Position numbers and translations under genes: made by a program
Shown: positions 56,665-64,000 of the stretch, piece by piece
Position numbering within the stretch: position 1 is the first letter of the stretch
Layout: each line of letters starts with the position of its first letter
The notes under the pieces: generated by a model
Database searches by the model: none
What the model saw: the letters and a program-made list of their open reading frames with translations, nothing else
Told to the model about the DNA's origin: nothing
From: Trueperaceae bacterium
Lineage (GTDB): Bacteria > Deinococcota > Deinococci > Deinococcales > Trueperaceae
DNA length: 64,000 nt
Direction of reading: 5' to 3'
NCBI GenBank assembly: GCA_040905465.1
Contig: JBBDRK010000054.1
Coordinates: 12,697 to 76,696, forward strand

Positions 56665-57763
56665 ACGCGTGGAACTCCGGGAGCTGGCGGTGCGCCTGCG
56701 CTTCCGGTTCGAGACCAGTTTCGGTGTGGAGCAGGAGTTGCGGAAGGTGCTGCTTACCGCCTACGGCGATGGGTTGGAGGGTTACGGCGAGCTGACCAGC
56801 GGCGGCTGGCCGGGCTACAGCTACGAAACCGGCGACACCGGTTGGCTTGCGCTGGAGCGCTACTTGCTGCCGAGAGTGCTGGGTCGCGACTTCCGGACCC
56901 CCGCCCAACTCCTGCACGAGCTGCAGCCGATCCGCGGACACAACATGGCCGTGGCAACGCTGGAGACCGCTTTCTGGGACCTGCAGGCCAAGGCGGCCGG
57001 GCTGCCGCTGTGGGAGATGCTCGGCGGCCGTCGAACCGAGCACCCCGTCGGAGCGTCGATCGGAATCCAGGAGAGCGTCGAAGCCACCGTGGATTCCGCG
57101 CGTACGCATGCCGAACAGGGCTATCGTAGGTTGAAGTTCAAGATCAAGCCGGGGTGGGATGTGGAACCGCTGCGGGCGGTGCGCCAGGCGCTCCCCGACA
57201 TGCCGCTGACAGTCGATGCCAACAGCGCCTACCGCCTGACCGACGCGCGCGTCTTCCAGGAGCTCGACGAGCTGGGGCTCGACTACATCGAGCAGCCTCT
57301 CTCGCACGACGACCTGATCGACCACGCCTCGCTGCAGGCGATGCTGGCCACCCCGCTGTGCCTGGATGAGTCGATCCACTCACCGGAGGACGCCCGCAAG
57401 GGGCTCGAGCTCGGCGCGGGCCGGGTCATCAACGTCAAGCTCGGTCGCGTTCGGGGCCACCTGATGTCGCGCAGGGTCCACGACGTGGCGTTGTCGTTCG
57501 GCGCTCCGGTGTGGTGTGGCGGAATGCTCGAACTGGGAGTCGGCAGGGCCCACAACCTCCACCTGAGCTCGCTGGAGGGTTTCTCCCTGCCCGGAGATAC
57601 CGCGTCGGCCAGTCGTTACTGGGAAGAGGACATCGTGGAGCCGGTTTTGGACGCCGTCGACGGGGTACAGAAGATTCCAGAGGGCGCGGGTCTCGGCGTG
57701 CAGCTGCGCACCGATCTGATCGACCGGTTGACTGTGCGTAAGCAGGTAATCGATGCCCGTTGA
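56654..57763 (+). CDS. menC: o-succinylbenzoate synthase / N-acylamino acid racemase
   Basis: KFKIKPG, DANSAY, IEQP, LDES, WCGGMLE, PGDT. Confidence 0.85.
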   Translation: MKIERVELRELAVRLRFRFETSFGVEQELRKVLLTAYGDGLEGYGELTSGGWPGYSYETGDTGWLALERYLLPRVLGRDFRTPAQLLHELQPIRGHNMAVATLETAFWDLQAKAAGLPLWEMLGGRRTEHPVGASIGIQESVEATVDSARTHAEQGYRRLKFKIKPGWDVEPLRAVRQALPDMPLTVDANSAYRLTDARVFQELDELGLDYIEQPLSHDDLIDHASLQAMLATPLCLDESIHSPEDARKGLELGAGRVINVKLGRVRGHLMSRRVHDVALSFGAPVWCGGMLELGVGRAHNLHLSSLEGFSLPGDTASASRYWEEDIVEPVLDAVDGVQKIPEGAGLGVQLRTDLIDRLTVRKQVIDAR

Positions 57764-57781
57764 GCTCTCCTCGCGGCGCGG

Positions 57782-57976
57782 TCAGTACTCCGGTGACACG
57801 GGCATGACCAGCCACAAGACCAGGTACAGCAGCGCGCCGGTGCCGCCGAAGAAGAGCGCTACCGCGAACACTACCCGCACGAGCGTCGAATCGATTCCGA
57901 GATAGTGCGCCAGCCCGCCGCACACCCCGCCGATCATCCTGTCGGTTCGTGACCGCATGAGCTTCTTGTCGTTCAT
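57782..57976 (-). CDS. PspC domain protein
   Basis: RSRTDRMIGGVCGGLA, LYLVLWLVMP. Confidence 0.92.
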   Translation of the reverse strand: MNDKKLMRSRTDRMIGGVCGGLAHYLGIDSTLVRVVFAVALFFGGTGALLYLVLWLVMPVSPEY

Positions 57977-58124
57977 GGTTCGAATCTACCAGTCGAACGC
58001 CGCCTCTTGCGGCGAGACGCGCTGCTATTGCGCTTGGCGGTTCTCTGGGGGCTTTGCAATCTCGTTACCGAGGCCCCAGCCAAACTGAGGGTAAGGACGA
58101 TCGGCACCGCGGGGCCCCGCTCGC

Positions 58125-58424
58125 TCAACCGGTCAACGGCGCTCGGCAGCGCACGCAGTAACCCTGGTCGGGCACGCGCTCGCTACAGCTCGGGCAGACC
58201 AGGGAGCCGCTGACGACGGCGCGTACGCCCCGCTGTGCAAGTTCGCCGGCGATGAGGATAGCGTCCTCCTCGGTGACGTCTTTGACCGTCAGTTCCACCT
58301 CTCCCGCGCGCGCCGTCACCATGAATGTGCCCGATCGGTACGGCTGCGCGCCGGAGCCGCGGTTCCCCTCGCCGACGGCGTCCCGCACCTCCTGGAAGAA
58401 CTCCCACAGATCCCGTTCCGCCAT
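58125..58424 (-). CDS. Hypothetical protein with C-terminal zinc ribbon
   Basis: CPSC...YCVRC. Confidence 0.65.
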   Translation of the reverse strand: MAERDLWEFFQEVRDAVGEGNRGSGAQPYRSGTFMVTARAGEVELTVKDVTEEDAILIAGELAQRGVRAVVSGSLVCPSCSERVPDQGYCVRCRAPLTG

Positions 58425-58486
58425 GGCGCAATGGTAGCTCGAGCTTCGCCGACACCGCTGCGTGGAGGCCACCGATAGACTGTGTC

Positions 58487-59437
58487 ATGGAGACCCGAAC
58501 AAGGCCACGAATGCTGGACAGCCTGATTGGCAATACGCCCGTGGTACGCCTCGTGCGTGTAATCGAGCCGGGCATGGCCGAGGTGTGGATCAAGCTCGAG
58601 GGCCACAACCCCGCCGGCAGCATAAAGGACCGAACCGCACTGGGCTTGATCGACGACGCCGAGGAGCGGGGCGTGCTGCGACCGGGTTCGGGCCAGACCA
58701 TCGTGGAACCGACCTCTGGGAATACCGGCATCGGCCTGGCTTTCCTATCGGCCGTTCGCGGCTACCGTTGCCTGATCGTGCTCCCTGACACCATGAGCGA
58801 GGAACGGGTCCGGACGCTCCGTGCCTTTGGAGCCGAGCTCGAGTTCACTCCCGGCGAACTGCGCATGCAGGGGGCGATTCCACGGGCCCAGGAGCTCGCC
58901 GAGGAGTTGGGCGGATGGATGCCCAATCAGTTCGAGAATCCTGCGAATCCCGCCTATCACCAGCGGGTAACAGGTCCGGAGCTGTGGGCGCAGATGCAAG
59001 GACGGGTCGACGCCTTCGTATGGGCTTCGGGAACGGGTGGCTCGATCAGCGGTATCGGCCGCTATCTCAAGGAGATGAAGCCCGACACCAGGGTCGTGGC
59101 GGTGGAGCCGGCGCGTAGCGCCGTGATCAACGGATTCGAGAAAGGGCAGCACAAGTTCCAGGGGATGGGCCCCGGCTTCATTCCGGGAAACCTCGACCTC
59201 GACCTGCTCGACGGCTGCCGCATGGTCTACGAGGAGGACGCCTTCCCGTTGGCCCGGCGTCTCGCCGCCGAGGAGGGGATATTCGTCGGCATGTCGTCCG
59301 GAGCAACAGTGTTCGCCGCTCTGGACGTCGCGCGCGAGCTGGGCCCCGGCAAGGTGGTGGTGACGATGGCGGCCGACACTGGGGCGCGCTACATATCCAC
59401 CGAGCTCTTCGACAACGAGCACTCCGGAGCGGTTTAG
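58487..59437 (+). CDS. cysK: Cysteine synthase A
   Basis: IGNTP, NPAGSIKDR, EPTSGNTG, GTGG, GMGPGFIP. Confidence 0.95.
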   Translation: METRTRPRMLDSLIGNTPVVRLVRVIEPGMAEVWIKLEGHNPAGSIKDRTALGLIDDAEERGVLRPGSGQTIVEPTSGNTGIGLAFLSAVRGYRCLIVLPDTMSEERVRTLRAFGAELEFTPGELRMQGAIPRAQELAEELGGWMPNQFENPANPAYHQRVTGPELWAQMQGRVDAFVWASGTGGSISGIGRYLKEMKPDTRVVAVEPARSAVINGFEKGQHKFQGMGPGFIPGNLDLDLLDGCRMVYEEDAFPLARRLAAEEGIFVGMSSGATVFAALDVARELGPGKVVVTMAADTGARYISTELFDNEHSGAV

Positions 59438-60231
59438 GCCGGCGTCTCCTGCAGCTCCAGCAACTCGACGAGCGGGTCGTGCAGCCTGCCGTTGGTGGCG
59501 ATGAGAACGGGGTCGCCGAGGTCGTAACCCCCGCCGTCGCCGCCGCTCACGCGACCACCTGCTTCCGCGATGATCAGCACCCCGGCTGCCACGTCCCAGG
59601 GATTGAGGGTGAGTTCCCAGAAGCCGTCCAGGCGGCCGCAGGCGACGAAACAAAGGTCGAGGGCGGCCGCGCCCGGCCGCCTGATCGCCCGTACCCTCGG
59701 GAGAACTCGCATCAGGACCCGGGCGTTGTCCATCAGCTTGTCGCGGTCGTAGGAGAATCCGGTAGACAGTAGCGCACGGCCGGGGTCGGGCTCGCTCGAA
59801 ACTCTTATGGGCGCCCCGTCGAGGAAGGCTCCGGCTCCCCTGACCGCGCTGAACATCTCGTGGTGAACGCTGTCGAGCACCACTCCCACCTCGATCTTTC
59901 CGGCGATCTCGAGAGCGATCGACACGCAGTAGAACGGGAAGCCGTGCGCATAGTTGACGGTGCCGTCGAGCGGGTCGACGATCCAGCGATACTCGGCCTC
60001 GCTGCCCGGCCCGCCCATCTCCTCGCCCAGCACCGCGTGTCCCGGATGACGCTCCTCGACGATCTCCCGGATGCGCTGTTCGCACAACCTGTCGACTTTC
60101 GTCACCAGATCGGTGTCGTTCGACTTGGTAGTCACGTCCAGCTCGCCACCGACGTAGAAACGGTGGATGCGCGCGGCTTCCTGGGCGGCGAGGACGGCGG
60201 TTCGTAAGTATTCGGTCTGCTGATCGGTCAT
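59434..60231 (-). CDS. suhB: Inositol monophosphatase family protein
   Basis: GEE, WIVDPLDGTVNY, WDVAAG. Confidence 0.9.
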   Translation of the reverse strand: MTDQQTEYLRTAVLAAQEAARIHRFYVGGELDVTTKSNDTDLVTKVDRLCEQRIREIVEERHPGHAVLGEEMGGPGSEAEYRWIVDPLDGTVNYAHGFPFYCVSIALEIAGKIEVGVVLDSVHHEMFSAVRGAGAFLDGAPIRVSSEPDPGRALLSTGFSYDRDKLMDNARVLMRVLPRVRAIRRPGAAALDLCFVACGRLDGFWELTLNPWDVAAGVLIIAEAGGRVSGGDGGGYDLGDPVLIATNGRLHDPLVELLELQETPA

Positions 60232-60326
60232 GCGGGTCACTATACCGGCGGCGCGGGCGGCCGATTTCGTTCGGGCACCAGGCGGGCTCACACACTGCCG
60301 TCACCGCCGCCGTCTCCAGCGATTTC

Positions 60327-60355
60327 TTGACATGCGGTCCGTGCCCGCCTACAGT
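60327..60355 (+). promoter_or_regulatory. Sigma70-type promoter
   Basis: TTGACA-17 nt-TACAGT. Confidence 0.6.
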
Positions 60356-60491
60356 ATGCTCGCCGACATCCGCCATCGCGATCGGCAGGTGAACGAGCTG
60401 GTGGAGGCGCTGGCCCGGGCACGGGAGCGGATTGCCGGCGAGGCAGCGGCGTGACCGCCGGCAAGGAAACCGGTTGCGAGGAGCCGACGAC

Positions 60492-60830
60492 ATGACACCG
60501 AAAAAGAGTGTGCTCGAGCAGTTGCCGGTGGAGAACCCGAACGCAGCGATCGAGCGGCGCCGGCTGACTGGGGAGCGACTCGAGCTGATCGACTACCGCT
60601 ACCAGCCGGGCTCGACCTTCCCGATGCACGCTCACGAATCGGAGCAGCTCACGGTGGTGCTCGCCGGCGAGCTGGTGTTCGTTTTCGAGGAGGGGGAGGA
60701 GCGACTGCAGCCCGGCGAGGCGCTGCTGATCGAGGGGGGCCGGCCCCACGGTGCCTACGTCCCGGCAGGGGCGTCGGTCACGCACACCTACAACGTGTTC
60801 ACACCGGTACGGGAGCGACCGCCCGGCTGA
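60492..60830 (+). CDS. Cupin domain protein
   Basis: PMHAHESEQ, GRPHG. Confidence 0.85.
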   Translation: MTPKKSVLEQLPVENPNAAIERRRLTGERLELIDYRYQPGSTFPMHAHESEQLTVVLAGELVFVFEEGEERLQPGEALLIEGGRPHGAYVPAGASVTHTYNVFTPVRERPPG

Positions 60831-60840
60831 GCGGCGAGGA

Positions 60841-62211
60841 TCAGTCCGACTCGGTCGTCCCCACCGGCCGCACGTCGTCGTCGCGCCGCTCTACCATGTC
60901 CGCATCGTCCACCAGCCGCTGGGTCCGGTTTACTATCTCGGCCGGCGACGGCACCATCTCGGCGATAAGCCGCGCGTGTCGGTCGAACGTCAGGTAGCTG
61001 TAGGTCCAGTTGACCAGAGCGTTGAAACGGTTCTGGTGGCCCGGCAAATAGATCAGGTGGATGAACAACCATCCCAGCCAGCCGAGGAAACCGGTCAGCC
61101 GCAGGTTGCCGAACCTCCGCGAGAGTTGGGCCACGCCGGCGTCCCGGCCGATGATCGCCATCGATCCCGGGTCGTCGTAACGGAACTCCCGGCTCTCTTC
61201 GCCGTTGACTCGGCGCAGCACCTCGCGCGCCGCATGCTTGCCTTGTTGGATCGCCACCTGGGCCACCTGGGGATAGGGGGATCCGTCGGCATCGGTGGCG
61301 CCCGAGGCGTCGCCGGCCACGAAGACGTGGTTCCGCCGTGGCAACGAAAGGTTTCCGTTAACGGCCACCCGCCCGCCGCGGGTGAGTTCCACGTCGAGCG
61401 AATCCACCAGCGGATGGCCCCGCACCCCGGCGGCCCAGATGAGCGTTCGGGTGGGGATGACCTCGCCGTCGGCGAGCACCGCGCTGCCGGCGCGGACTTC
61501 CGCGACGGCCGTGTCGAGCCGTACTTCCACGCCGCGGCGCTGCAGGGTGTCGGCGGTATAGCGTTGCAGGCGCGGCGCGTAGGGAATGAGCAGGCGGTCG
61601 GTCATCTCCAGCAGGATCACCCGAGCGCGACCCACATCGAGCCGTGGGTAGTCGCGCGGCAGCACCCGCCGGAACAGCTCGACCAGCGCGCCGGCCATCT
61701 CCACACCCGTGGGGCCGCCACCGACGATGACGAAGTTGAGCGCACCGTCGTCGATCAGCGCCGGGTCCGCGGCCGCCCGCTCGAACTGGCGGAGGATGTG
61801 CGAGCGGATGTTGACGGCCTCGCTGAGGCTCTTGAGGAAGTAGCCATGGCGCCGTACGCCGGGAATGCCGAAGTCGTTATAGACCGCTCCGACCCCGACT
61901 ATCAGGTAGTCGAAGCGAACGTTCCCGCCGCTGCGCAGTCTGAGCTCGTCGGTCTGCCAGTCGACGCCGGTAACCGTCGCCTGGCGGAACTCGAAGTTCG
62001 CCTGGCGGCGGAATATTCCGCGGACGGTGCGGGCTATCTCCTCGGGCTCGAGCTGGGCGGTGGCCACCTGATAGAGCAGCGGCTGGAAAGTGTGGTAGTT
62101 GTGCTGGTCGATCAGCAACACGCGCACCGGCGCGTCGCGCAGCATCTTGGCGGCGTAGAGGCCGGCGAATCCGGCGCCGATGATGGCTACCGTCGGCCGT
62201 TCAGTCGTCAT
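60841..62211 (-). CDS. ndh: Type II NADH dehydrogenase
   Basis: GAGFAG, FQPLLYQVAT, GGGPTGVE, AQVAIQQG. Confidence 0.92.
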   Translation of the reverse strand: MTTERPTVAIIGAGFAGLYAAKMLRDAPVRVLLIDQHNYHTFQPLLYQVATAQLEPEEIARTVRGIFRRQANFEFRQATVTGVDWQTDELRLRSGGNVRFDYLIVGVGAVYNDFGIPGVRRHGYFLKSLSEAVNIRSHILRQFERAAADPALIDDGALNFVIVGGGPTGVEMAGALVELFRRVLPRDYPRLDVGRARVILLEMTDRLLIPYAPRLQRYTADTLQRRGVEVRLDTAVAEVRAGSAVLADGEVIPTRTLIWAAGVRGHPLVDSLDVELTRGGRVAVNGNLSLPRRNHVFVAGDASGATDADGSPYPQVAQVAIQQGKHAAREVLRRVNGEESREFRYDDPGSMAIIGRDAGVAQLSRRFGNLRLTGFLGWLGWLFIHLIYLPGHQNRFNALVNWTYSYLTFDRHARLIAEMVPSPAEIVNRTQRLVDDADMVERRDDDVRPVGTTESD

Positions 62212-62223
62212 CGCGCGGCACCT

Positions 62224-63105
62224 TCAGTCCGCCATTTCGAGGGCGATCCTGCGTCCCGTCGGAGTATCGGCCAGCCCGCCCTCACCGGTTTCCCGTAACT
62301 CGGGAGGCAGCAGCCGGCCGACCGAGGCCATCGCCTGCACGACTTCGTCGGGCGGGATGGGCGATTCGACGCCGGCGATCGCCAGTTGTGCCGACGCCAC
62401 CGCATGGACGCTGAAAAAGGCGTTGCGGCTCACGCACGGAACCTCGACATAGCCGCCGACCGGATCGCACACCAGGCCGATGCTGTTCATGAGGGTCTGG
62501 GCGGCGGCGTGTACCGACTGGTGGGCGTTGCCGCCGAGAAGCTCGCAGACGGCTGCAGCGGCCATGGCGGCCGACGAGCCGATCTCCGCCTGGCAGCCGC
62601 CGGTCGAACCGGCGATGAACATTTTGCGGCCGATGATCTGCCCGATGCCGGCCGCCAGAACCAACGGTCCCAGAAGTTGCTCGTCGTCGTAACCAAGGTG
62701 ATCCGCCACTCCCAGGAGGGCGCCAGGAAGCGTCCCGGCGCTGCCGGCCGTGGGCGCGGCGACGATACGCCCCATGCGGGCGTTCTCCTCGTTGACGGCC
62801 ATTGCGTAAGCCTGCACGCGCTTCAGCAACGGGGACGCCAGCAGATCATCGGCCTCCCACAGCCGTTTGGCGTTCCAGCCGACCATGCCCGTCCGGCTCG
62901 GTTTGTCGCTGCTCAGTCCGCGGGCTACCGAACCCCGCATCTCGCTCAACCGGTTGCGCATGCTCGCCAGCAGCGCTTCCCGGGCCGCCTCGTCGTCCCC
63001 GGCTTCCTCGGAGAGGACAGCCGCCGATGCCGCCCCGGTGAATGCCGCCAGTTGGTTCAGATTCAGTTCGTCTTTATCGTTGCTCACGTGCGCCCCCTTC
63101 GCCAC
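62224..63105 (-). CDS. sdaAA: L-serine dehydratase alpha subunit; start uncertain
   Basis: [40 protein letters not shown]. Confidence 0.93.
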   Translation of the reverse strand: MAKGAHVSNDKDELNLNQLAAFTGAASAAVLSEEAGDDEAAREALLASMRNRLSEMRGSVARGLSSDKPSRTGMVGWNAKRLWEADDLLASPLLKRVQAYAMAVNEENARMGRIVAAPTAGSAGTLPGALLGVADHLGYDDEQLLGPLVLAAGIGQIIGRKMFIAGSTGGCQAEIGSSAAMAAAAVCELLGGNAHQSVHAAAQTLMNSIGLVCDPVGGYVEVPCVSRNAFFSVHAVASAQLAIAGVESPIPPDEVVQAMASVGRLLPPELRETGEGGLADTPTGRRIALEMAD

Positions 63106-63763
63106 TCATTACCTCCGGCAACATCCTCACCCAGCCTACGTAGGGCAGCCGGCTCAGGTAATCGAGCACGTATTGCGACAGGTGCTTGTCGATCTCGACC
63201 GACATCATCGCCTGACCCCCACGCTTCCTCCGGGCGGAGTGGAGCCTGCCGATGTTGCCTTCGTCGTCGGCGATCACCCGCGCGACCCGCGCGATAACCC
63301 CGGGCCGGTCGTCGTGCTGAACGAGCAGGGCGAAGCAGTTGCCGGAGAAGTCGATCTCGAAGCCGTTGACTTCGAACACGCGCACGAGGCCGCCGCCGAG
63401 GCTCGACCCGGCCATGCTGAGCCGTTCGGCCGCGCTCGTCAGTTCGATTCGAACGCTGTTGGGATGCACGTCGCCGAGGTCGCGGCTGTCGAATTCGAAG
63501 CCGATGCCGGCGTCACGGGCGAGTTGCGTGGCATCGGGGATTCGCGGATCGGCTGGGAACATCCCCAGAAGGCCCGCCAGCAGGGCCCGGTCGGTGCCGT
63601 GCCCCTTGGCCGTCTTGGCGAATGAACCGTGGAGGGTGAGACGCGCGGTCAAAGGCGCCGAATCCAGCATGCGCCGAGCCAGCAACGCCAATCGGCACGC
63701 GCCGGCGGTGTGCGAACTCGACGGTCCGATCATCACCGGTCCGATTACGTCGAGGAGTCCCAT
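63074..63763 (-). CDS. sdaAB: L-serine dehydratase beta subunit with ACT domain
   Basis: [30 protein letters not shown]. Confidence 0.95.
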   Translation of the reverse strand: MGLLDVIGPVMIGPSSSHTAGACRLALLARRMLDSAPLTARLTLHGSFAKTAKGHGTDRALLAGLLGMFPADPRIPDATQLARDAGIGFEFDSRDLGDVHPNSVRIELTSAAERLSMAGSSLGGGLVRVFEVNGFEIDFSGNCFALLVQHDDRPGVIARVARVIADDEGNIGRLHSARRKRGGQAMMSVEIDKHLSQYVLDYLSRLPYVGWVRMLPEVMSGEGGAREQR

Positions 63764-63897
63764 GGCTACGTGAGCAGCCTAGCAGATGCATGGGCTCCCC
63801 TCATGGAGCCGGGCTTTCAGATAGCCGCGTCTCGGCTTGGTGTCAGACCACGCTGCCTCGGTCGATACCGGCCGGTGGACCGGCGCAATCACGATTG

Positions 63898-64000
63898 TCA
63901 ACCTCGGACCCGCTCCTTGAGGCTCTTACCCGGTTTGAAGGCGGGGTACTTGCTGGCAGGGATGGCGATCTTGGTCCGGGTACCCGGCTTCACGCCGCTT
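63898..64000 (-). CDS. hup: DNA-binding protein HU, 3' end only (not in ORF track)
   Basis: Reverse strand reads SGVKPGTRTKIAIPASKYPAFKPGKSLKERVRG*. Confidence 0.9.
   Translation of the reverse strand, partial: SGVKPGTRTKIAIPASKYPAFKPGKSLKERVRG

Noticed and set aside
1-64000. tRNA, rRNA, prophage or anti-phage defence genes
   Set aside because: None recognised by eye; a covariance-model scan would be needed to exclude small RNAs.

Overview
GC-rich bacterial chromosome segment, most likely Deinococcota (Truepera-like). Markers are Nqo15, an SLH/coiled-coil/beta-barrel SlpA, a Thermus-like HU C-terminus, and many genes with a TANNNT -10 box 5-7 nt upstream of the start. About 1-22 kb is accessory: HD-GYP/LuxR regulator, two paralogous histidine kinases, a CmtR-like regulator with a CSC-motif P1B ATPase and a CDF pump, a ligD-Zn finger-ku-ku-ferritin operon, aquaporin, DUF1360, an Asp-less receiver and DUF2231-Rieske. 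About 22-64 kb is mostly housekeeping (rplU, rpmA, obgE, yqeK, LCP, rsfS, trpF, rodA, rlmH, thyX, slpA, hpf, minDE, uvrD/pcrA, split mnmC, cysK, suhB, ndh, sdaAA/AB, hup). This part also holds an orphan DnaA-box cluster, an ice-binding lipoprotein, a hidden CTG-start 4-Cys mini-gene after nqo15 and intergenic minisatellites. An IS608-like tnpA/tnpB element (54933-56644) with a frameshifted tnpB sits between the predicted promoter and the RBS of a menC-like gene. All calls come from motif recognition only; no database searches were run.
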